Assembly (NCBI GenBank): GCA_963675665.1
Contig: OY776510.1
Coordinates: 672,001-736,000, forward strand
Length of the DNA stretch: 64,000 nt
Direction of reading: 5' to 3'
DNA from: Spirochaetia bacterium
GTDB taxonomy: Bacteria > Spirochaetota > Spirochaetia > UBA9216
A program made the translations under genes and the position numbers. Within the stretch, counting starts at the first letter, position 1, and each line of letters begins with the position of its first letter. This document shows, in pieces, positions 19,911 to 26,304 of this stretch. Under the pieces are notes generated by a model. It was given only the letters and a program-made list of their open reading frames with translations, ran no database searches and was not told where the DNA came from.

Positions 19911-20996
19911 ATGAACGCATATTTGACGCTTAAAAATCTTACGAAAATTTTCAATCCCGGCAGAGAAGACCAGGTGGCGGCCCTTAATCATTTCAGCATG
20001 ACGGTTAACAAGGGCGATTTTGTTACAATTCTGGGACCGTCGGGCTGCGGGAAAACTACAGCATTGCGGATGATTGCAGGGTTTGAAATTCCTACATCCG
20101 GAGAAATCTATATTGATAATAAAAACATCTCCAACCTGACTCCGGATAAGCGCAATACTGCAATGGTTTTTCAGAATTATGCCCTGTTTCCTCATCTTAC
20201 TGTATTTGAAAACATTGCTTACGGATTAAAAGTTCGGGGAGCGTCCAGGGATATTATTAAAAACGATGTTGCCATGGCCTGCCAGGTGGTAAATATGGTG
20301 GGCCTTGAAAAACGATACCCGGGAGAACTGTCGGGGGGGCAGCAGCAGCGTGTTGCTCTTGCTCGGGCCCTGGTAATGAAACCGAAAATGATTCTTTTCG
20401 ACGAACCCCTGTCAAATCTTGATTTGAAACTGAGACTGCAGACCAGAACCGAAATTAAACGGGTCCAGCAGATGCTCGGCATAACTGTACTTTATGTAAC
20501 CCATGATCAGTCCGAGGCGCTCAGTATGTCGGATAAAATAATAATAATGAATCACGGCAAGGTAGTTCAAACAGGAACACCCGAAGAAATCTACAACAAC
20601 CCGGCAAACGCTTTTGTAGCCGACTTTATCGGGAATGCAAATTTCATATCCGCCTATGCAGAAGAAATCGAAGGAAAAAGAATTACTGTCAGACTCGGAA
20701 AAAGAATCATCGTTGTTAAAAATGAAAACCCGGAAGAAGTTTTCAGCGAAGGCGAGGAAGTTTACCTTTCAATTAAGCCCGAAGCAATACAAATAAGCGG
20801 AAAAGAAACCGATTTTTCCGGTACAGTCCAGGTTAAATCATTTCTTGGTCCGCATACCGAATACAAGATCGAATTTGAGGGATCTTTTATAAATGTATAC
20901 CAGCACAATACAGGCGGAGACTCAAAAATTTATAAGCCGGGAGACAGGGTCTGTCTGAAATTCGATAAGGCGCTTTGTCACGTTTACAAGAGATAA
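19911..20996 (+). CDS. Second ABC ATP-binding protein, paralog of 13896-14969
   Basis: [27 protein letters not shown]; shares long stretches such as [13 protein letters not shown] and [13 protein letters not shown] with the first ATPase. Confidence 0.92.
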   Translation: MNAYLTLKNLTKIFNPGREDQVAALNHFSMTVNKGDFVTILGPSGCGKTTALRMIAGFEIPTSGEIYIDNKNISNLTPDKRNTAMVFQNYALFPHLTVFENIAYGLKVRGASRDIIKNDVAMACQVVNMVGLEKRYPGELSGGQQQRVALARALVMKPKMILFDEPLSNLDLKLRLQTRTEIKRVQQMLGITVLYVTHDQSEALSMSDKIIIMNHGKVVQTGTPEEIYNNPANAFVADFIGNANFISAYAEEIEGKRITVRLGKRIIVVKNENPEEVFSEGEEVYLSIKPEAIQISGKETDFSGTVQVKSFLGPHTEYKIEFEGSFINVYQHNTGGDSKIYKPGDRVCLKFDKALCHVYKR

Positions 20997-21039
20997 TTAC
21001 GACCTGATCGATTTTTTTCACAGTCTTTTATAATATCTA

Positions 21040-21106
21040 TTGACTATATAACATAACTATTATATATTACTAACAGTTGCCAGGCGCAACAGTTGCGCAA
21101 AACAAC
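21040..21106 (+). promoter_or_regulatory. sigma70 promoter and tandem palindromic operator of the marR operon
   Basis: TTGACT(21040-45)-17-TATATT(21063-68), then two GTTG-N7-CAAC sites (21076-21090, 21092-21106). Confidence 0.72.
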
Positions 21107-21121
21107 TTTACGGAGTAATAT

Positions 21122-21517
21122 GTGATAGAATTAATCCTTGAACTGAAACAGAAATGCCGATTCGACAGTGAGATTGGAGAATCTTTCAGCCTGAAAGAAC
21201 GCGAAGTAGCGTTTCTTTCAACGATTGCCGCCAATAAAAGCTTAACATCAAAGGAACTGTCTTCTCTTTCCGGCCTTTCTCCCTCCAGAAGCAGCCGTGT
21301 AATCTCTGCGCTATATGAAAAAGGCTATATTTTAATGGAGCATAACCGCTCCGATCGCAGACTGATCAATATCAGTCTTACACAAAAGGGTAAAGACTGT
21401 GTCGACGGTATTGAAAAAGAAAAAAGGAATTGTGAATTCGATTTACTGGCCGGACTGTCGGATGATGAAAAAGCAACCGTTAAAAAAGGCCTTAATATTC
21501 TTCTGAGGAAAATGTAA
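21122..21517 (+). CDS. MarR-family transcriptional regulator with three Cys
   Basis: wHTH ..SRVISALYEKGYI..SDRR..ISLTQKG; GTG start after GGAG. Confidence 0.9.
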   Translation: MIELILELKQKCRFDSEIGESFSLKEREVAFLSTIAANKSLTSKELSSLSGLSPSRSSRVISALYEKGYILMEHNRSDRRLINISLTQKGKDCVDGIEKEKRNCEFDLLAGLSDDEKATVKKGLNILLRKM

Positions 21518-21580
21518 TATTTTGACCTTTTTAGAGGAGAAATAATAAAATTGAATCTTCATATTCAATTTTAAGGGGGA

Positions 21581-22243
21581 ATGATGACTGAAACAAATAC
21601 GGTAAAGGCAATTAATATACGTTATTCGGATCTTGCCGAAACAAGCTGCTGCCTTTCATGCGGCGGAGCTGTAAATCACAGCAAGGTCTCGAAAGGTGAA
21701 ATTTGTGTGGATCTCGGCAGCGGACGGGGAACGGATGCAATCCGCATGGCTGAAGAAGTCGGAGCCGAAGGAATGGTCTACGGTCTGGATCTGTCGGACG
21801 GGATGATCAGGAAAGCTGAAAAAACCGCAAACCGGCTCGGTGTAGAGAACGTGAAATTTATTCAGACTGATCTGGAAAAAATGCCGTTAGGCGACAATTC
21901 GGCAGATCTTGTTATTTCAAACTGCGTCATTAATCACGCGGAAAATAAACAGAACGTCTGGAACGAGGTTTACAGGATTCTGAAGACCGGGGGACGGTTT
22001 GTAGTCAGCGATATCTACTCCAGTGAACCGGTGCCTGAAGAATACCGCACAGATCCGGAGGCTGTAGCTGAATGCTGGGCAGGATCCGTAACACGCGAAA
22101 TCTATCTCAGCCAGCTTGAAAAAGCCGGATTCAGGAATATCGAAATTCTTGAAGAGAGTAATCCCTATCCCAAGGGAAAAATAGAAGTCAGCAGCTGGAC
22201 GATACTCGGCTACAAATCCGGGTGTTGCTGTTGTAACACTTAA
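21581..22243 (+). CDS. SAM-dependent methyltransferase, arsenite methyltransferase (ArsM/AS3MT)-like
   Basis: SCCLSCG, VDLGSGRGTD, GLDLSDGM, DLVISNCVIN, RILKTGGRFVVSD, AECWAG; C-terminal GCCCC tail. Confidence 0.8.
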   Translation: MMTETNTVKAINIRYSDLAETSCCLSCGGAVNHSKVSKGEICVDLGSGRGTDAIRMAEEVGAEGMVYGLDLSDGMIRKAEKTANRLGVENVKFIQTDLEKMPLGDNSADLVISNCVINHAENKQNVWNEVYRILKTGGRFVVSDIYSSEPVPEEYRTDPEAVAECWAGSVTREIYLSQLEKAGFRNIEILEESNPYPKGKIEVSSWTILGYKSGCCCCNT

Positions 22244-22285
22244 AACCTTCCATGGAAGGCAAGAAATATTTTTAACGGAGGTTTC

Positions 22286-22381
22286 ATGAAATCACTGATC
22301 AAAAAGAAACCGGAAGGCAAAAAAGAAACAGCGCAATGTTGTGCAAAGCTTTCCAAGGTTGTGGCAGGCTGCCACGACTAG
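22286..22381 (+). CDS. Unannotated 31-aa Cys-rich peptide, putative RiPP precursor: MKSLIKKKPEGKKETAQCCAKLSKVVAGCHD
   Basis: Manual translation; strong GGAGG RBS just upstream of ATG; Lys-rich leader and Cys-containing core; immediately upstream of a radical SAM/SPASM gene. Confidence 0.8.
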   Translation: MKSLIKKKPEGKKETAQCCAKLSKVVAGCHD

Positions 22382-22389
22382 ACTCGTCC

Positions 22390-22425
22390 CCGGACCGGGG
22401 GATTTTCCACCGGTCCGGATTTTTA
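22390..22425 (+). terminator. GC-rich hairpin with T-tract after the peptide gene
   Basis: CCGGACCGG (22390-98) / CCGGTCCGG (22410-18) followed by ATTTTT. Confidence 0.7.
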
Positions 22426-22457
22426 CCTGACACATGGACAATAACGGAGAAAAACTG

Positions 22458-23774
22458 ATGCAGTTGTCGAAACATAATATAATATCCGAAATAAAAGACT
22501 CTGATGATTACTATATCATCAATCCTCTCAGTAAAAACGCTGATATTCTTGATGCCGATACAGCAAAAGCGCTGCTTAACGGTGAATTTACAAACCGTGA
22601 CGAGCTTATCGAAAAAGGCTATCTGGCAGATGCCGACGAGGAAGAGAAACGTTTTAAATCGGGGTATCTTGATTTTCTCGACAACCGTGAAGATGACGAA
22701 ATTCAGATATTTTATGTTCCGACCTATTCCTGTAACTTCAATTGTACTTACTGTTATCAGGAAGGTTACGGCAATGAACAATTCGGTGATGCCGGGGCGG
22801 TAACAGAGGCTTTTTTCAGATATGTTGATACTGAATTCGCAGGGAAGCGGAAATATATCACCGTTTTCGGCGGCGAGCCCCTTCTTCCGGACAATGTCAC
22901 ACGTAATAAAATCGAACTTATTATCAGGGAAGCAAATAAACGAAATCTGTCGCTGGCATTCGTAACAAACGGATGGGCTCTGGAAAGCTATGTCCCGCTT
23001 CTTAAAACCGCTTCTGTTCGTGAGGTTCAGGTGACCCTGGACGGCCCGGAAGAAGTTCATAATAAACGAAGACCGCTTCACAGCGGAGCAGGGACTTTTA
23101 AAAAGGTCGTTAACGGCATAAATTCCGCTCTTGAAGCCGGCATACCGATAAACCTTCGCGCTGTTATTGATAAAGAAAATCTTCCGCACCTTCCTGAACT
23201 GGCCCAATTCGCTGTAGATCAGGGCTGGACCGGCAGATCGAACTTTAAAACACAGCTGGGACGTAATTATGAACTGCATTATTGTCAGGAAAATGCAGCA
23301 AAACTCTACGACAGGCTTTCAATGTATGAAGATTTATACGAACTGATAAAGAATAATCCTGTCGTAATGGAGTTTCACCGGCCGGCATTTTCTATAAGCC
23401 GTTTTCTTTTTGACAACGGTGATATGCCTGACCCGCTGTATGATTCCTGCCCCGGATGTAAAACCGAATGGGCTTTTGATTACAGCGGAAACATTTTTTC
23501 ATGTACGGCCACTGTCGGTAAACCGGGGGAAAGCCTGGGAACCTTCTACCCGGAAATTACCACCAGGGAAGAAGCGATTGAGGCATGGCAGGAACGTGAT
23601 GTAACAACAATACCCGAATGCCTTAACTGCGAACTCAGGCTTGCGTGCGGAGGAGGTTGTGCATCAGCAGCAAAAAACAGAACAGGGACACTGAATTCGC
23701 CGGACTGCAGACCGGTAAAAGGTTTATTGACATTGGGTCTTTCGCTGTATTTCAACGAAGCGAAAGCAGAATAA
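22458..23774 (+). CDS. Radical SAM/SPASM-domain protein, putative peptide maturase
   Basis: CNFNCTYC, FGGEPLL, VTNG, QVTLDG; SPASM cysteines SCPGC..GNIFSC..ECLNCELRLACGGGC..DC; N-terminal RRE-like segment ending ELIEKGYL; start ATG 22458 after GGAG. Confidence 0.9.
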   Translation: MQLSKHNIISEIKDSDDYYIINPLSKNADILDADTAKALLNGEFTNRDELIEKGYLADADEEEKRFKSGYLDFLDNREDDEIQIFYVPTYSCNFNCTYCYQEGYGNEQFGDAGAVTEAFFRYVDTEFAGKRKYITVFGGEPLLPDNVTRNKIELIIREANKRNLSLAFVTNGWALESYVPLLKTASVREVQVTLDGPEEVHNKRRPLHSGAGTFKKVVNGINSALEAGIPINLRAVIDKENLPHLPELAQFAVDQGWTGRSNFKTQLGRNYELHYCQENAAKLYDRLSMYEDLYELIKNNPVVMEFHRPAFSISRFLFDNGDMPDPLYDSCPGCKTEWAFDYSGNIFSCTATVGKPGESLGTFYPEITTREEAIEAWQERDVTTIPECLNCELRLACGGGCASAAKNRTGTLNSPDCRPVKGLLTLGLSLYFNEAKAE

Positions 23775-23804
23775 CACGTTAGACAATTTTATAGGAGTGA
23801 AAAT

Positions 23805-25088
23805 ATGGCTGGAAAGATTAAGGAAATACAGGCAGCAGATTTTGAAAAAGAGGTGCTCGGTAAAGAACGCGTAGTAGTGGATTTTTATTCCACGGAATGT
23901 CCGCCCTGTGAAGCGCTGGCATCAAAATATGAAACGCTGAGCTACATTTACGGTGATGATATAAGCTTTATAAAAATATTCAGACAGGGAAACCGGGAAC
24001 TCTCCGAAAAGCTGGACGTCAGCGGCTCTCCTACGGTAATCTTTTACAAAAACGGAGAAAGAGTCGGAGACACTCTTACCGGCGGCATTAAACGCTCGGA
24101 TCTGATGAAAAACCTCGATGCGCTTCTGCCTGCAGAAAAAGCCGAAGAAATACACAACGAAATTAAACCTGTTGTAACCAACACCGATGTCGTTGTCCTG
24201 GGCGGAGGCCCGGCCGGCCTGACAGCAGGAATATATCTTGCGCAGGCGCATCTTAAAACAATACTGATAGACACCGCCCTTCCCGGGGGCTATGTAGCAA
24301 CAACCCACCAGGTATCAAATTACCCGGGCTTTATCGAACCTCAGCAGGGATTTATGCTCAGCCATTTCATGAGCGAACAGGCAAAAGCCAACGGCGTGGA
24401 ATTCAGAAGCGCGGTAGAAGTATCAAAAGTCGATCTGCGCAACAAGAGCCTTCTTGTAGACGGGTATGAAACAATTGAGGCAAAAAAGATAGTTATTGCG
24501 ACAGGCTCCAGACCGCGTCCGCTTGATATTCCGGGAGAAAAAGAGTATGCCGGGCAGGGCATAAGTTACTGCGCGACCTGTGACGGAAAATATTTTGAGG
24601 ACAAGGAAATAGTGGTAATTGGAGGCGGCAATTCAGCTATTGAAGAATCGCTGTTCCTGTCAAGGTTTGCAAAGAAAATAACCATTGTCCACCAGTTTGA
24701 TACCCTGCAGGCCAATAAAGAAGCGCAGAAAAAAATATTTGCCGACAAAAAAATCAATTTCATGTTTGAACATGAACCCCGTGAGTTTAAAAAATACGGA
24801 AACATGGACATGGGAGTAATTGTTGAAAACCTGAAAACCGGTGAAAAGTCAGAAGTACGAACCAACGGCATCTTTGTCTTTGTGGGTTTTATTCCGAACC
24901 TGGACGTTATTCATGACGAAATGGAGCTGGACCAATGGGGATACCTCAAAACCAGTGAGACTATGGAAACAAATCTGCCCGGGGTTTTCGCTGCAGGTGA
25001 CGTACGTACAAAACAGTACCGCCAGATAACAACCGCCGTATCAGACGGCACAATTGCGGCAATAACAATATCCAAAGAACTTACTTAA
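23805..25088 (+). CDS. Thioredoxin-thioredoxin reductase fusion (N-terminal Trx, C-terminal TrxB)
   Basis: VVDFYSTECPPC Trx domain; GGGPAG, NYPG, SYCATCDG, GGGNSA, FAAGDV, QITTAVSDG. Confidence 0.9.
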   Translation: MAGKIKEIQAADFEKEVLGKERVVVDFYSTECPPCEALASKYETLSYIYGDDISFIKIFRQGNRELSEKLDVSGSPTVIFYKNGERVGDTLTGGIKRSDLMKNLDALLPAEKAEEIHNEIKPVVTNTDVVVLGGGPAGLTAGIYLAQAHLKTILIDTALPGGYVATTHQVSNYPGFIEPQQGFMLSHFMSEQAKANGVEFRSAVEVSKVDLRNKSLLVDGYETIEAKKIVIATGSRPRPLDIPGEKEYAGQGISYCATCDGKYFEDKEIVVIGGGNSAIEESLFLSRFAKKITIVHQFDTLQANKEAQKKIFADKKINFMFEHEPREFKKYGNMDMGVIVENLKTGEKSEVRTNGIFVFVGFIPNLDVIHDEMELDQWGYLKTSETMETNLPGVFAAGDVRTKQYRQITTAVSDGTIAAITISKELT

Positions 25089-25093
25089 TAAAC

Positions 25094-25127
25094 GGTATCG
25101 GCGGCGGGAGGCCCTGCTGCCGATATC
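25094..25127. terminator. Terminator hairpin between the convergent trx-trxR and lspA
   Basis: GTATCGGCGGCGGG-agg-CCCTGCTGCCGATAT. Confidence 0.65.
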
Positions 25128-25129
25128 AA

Positions 25130-25663
25130 TTATTCCAGATCAGATACAGTCTTTCCTTTTTTTTCTTTTCCGTTCTCGGCTTTCAGCATCAGTATCACAA
25201 AAACCAGCGCTCCGAATGTAACCGACAAATCTGCAACATTAAGAATACCGGTACGAAACCGTCCTATACCGAAATTCATAAAATCGATTACGATACCGCT
25301 GTTGAATATCCGATCATACAGGTTTCCCACTCCCCCGCCGATAACACATGATAAACATGCCAGCTGCCCGGGGGGAATATTTCCGCTGAAAGCAGTATAG
25401 AAAATCGCTACAGCAACGATAAGAGAGGGAAGCAATACCAGCAGAACCGATTTTAACGGTACCGGCATACTGCCCCCGAACCCCAGGAATGCTCCGTCGT
25501 TTTCCGCATAATGCAGAATAAATAAATTCCCGACTATTTGAATTGTTCCTTCGCCTTTAATATGTTCAACTGCATAAATCTTTGTTACGCGGTCAACTGC
25601 AAAATTTGCAGCAGAAATAAGAATTACAACTATCAGCAGAAAGAAGCCTTTTTTAATGCTCAT
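25130..25663 (-). CDS. lspA: Lipoprotein signal peptidase II
   Basis: DRVTK, ENDGAFLG, GGGVGNLYDR, VIDF, LNVAD. Confidence 0.95.
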   Translation of the reverse strand: MSIKKGFFLLIVVILISAANFAVDRVTKIYAVEHIKGEGTIQIVGNLFILHYAENDGAFLGFGGSMPVPLKSVLLVLLPSLIVAVAIFYTAFSGNIPPGQLACLSCVIGGGVGNLYDRIFNSGIVIDFMNFGIGRFRTGILNVADLSVTFGALVFVILMLKAENGKEKKGKTVSDLE

Positions 25664-25720
25664 GCGAATAATATAGCACAATCACTGCTTATTTCTCAAC
25701 AGCAATATCTGCAAACAATA

Positions 25721-25749
25721 TTGACGCCCGGGCTGAACAACTGTAATAT
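25721..25749 (+). promoter_or_regulatory. sigma70 promoter of tRNA-Ala
   Basis: TTGACG-17-TAATAT, 18 nt upstream of the tRNA. Confidence 0.6.
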
Positions 25750-25767
25750 GCATATTAGAATAACACC

Positions 25768-25841
25768 GGGGCTGTAGCTCAGATGGCTAGAGCGGTTGGT
25801 TCGCAATCAACAGGCCGTGGGTTCGACTCCCATCAGCTCCA
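25768..25841 (+). tRNA. tRNA-Ala (anticodon CGC); CCA not encoded
   Basis: Acceptor stem GGGGCTG/CAGCTCC with G3:U70, D-arm GCTCAGATGGCTAGAGC, anticodon loop TT-CGC-AA, T-loop GTTCGAC. Confidence 0.95.
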
Positions 25842-26178
25842 ATATAAATAAAAGGCTTTATTCCGCAAGGAAAAAAGCCTTCATAAATTCAGGAGCTGTG
25901 GGAGGAGAACCTGTGAGATGGGGAGTTTGACGCAGACAAACTCCTGAAAGAAAGCCGCAAGGCTTTCTTTACCCATCAGCTCCAATATAAATAAAAGGCT
26001 TTATTCCGCAAGGAAAAAAGCCTTCATAAATTCAGGAGCTGTGGGAGGAGAACCTGTGAGATGGGGAGTTTGACGCAGACAAACTCCTGAAAGAAAGCCG
26101 CAAGGCTTTCTTTACCCATCAGCTCCAATATAAATAAAAGGCTTTATTTCGCAAGGAATAAAGCCTTCATAAATTCAG
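25829..26178 (+). repeat. tRNA-linked tandem repeat, 143-bp unit, about 2.4 copies
   Basis: Units start with the tRNA 3' end CCCATCAGCTCCA at 25829, 25972 and 26115; the first two copies appear identical, the third is partial. Confidence 0.92.
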
Positions 26179-26304
26179 GGACCCGCGGGGGAGGACCCGA
26201 ACCGAAAAATTCCGTATTAATTTGCATATTAAAACCTCATTTCCTATAATTTTACTGGAAGACTGATTAATTAACACTAAAACTGATCATGGAGGTCTTT
26301 ATCA

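Noticed and set aside
22299-23279. 326-aa minus-strand ORF
   Set aside because: Antisense shadow of the radical SAM gene and peptide, with no recognisable motifs.
22458-23774. Anaerobic sulfatase maturase, or the ArsS/ArsL enzymes themselves
   Set aside because: No sulfatase nearby; the RRE-like N-terminus, full SPASM motif and adjacent peptide favour a peptide maturase.
21581-25088. Selenocysteine recoding in the Cys-rich operon
   Set aside because: The ORFs end in TAA or TAG and have no in-frame TGA at Cys positions.
25829-26127. attL/attR of an integrated prophage or ICE at tRNA-Ala
   Set aside because: The duplicated tRNA 3' ends are only 143 bp apart; no integrase or cargo lies between or beside them.
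25829-26178. CRISPR array
   Set aside because: Units are 143 bp and repeat in full with no variable spacers; no cas genes in the window.
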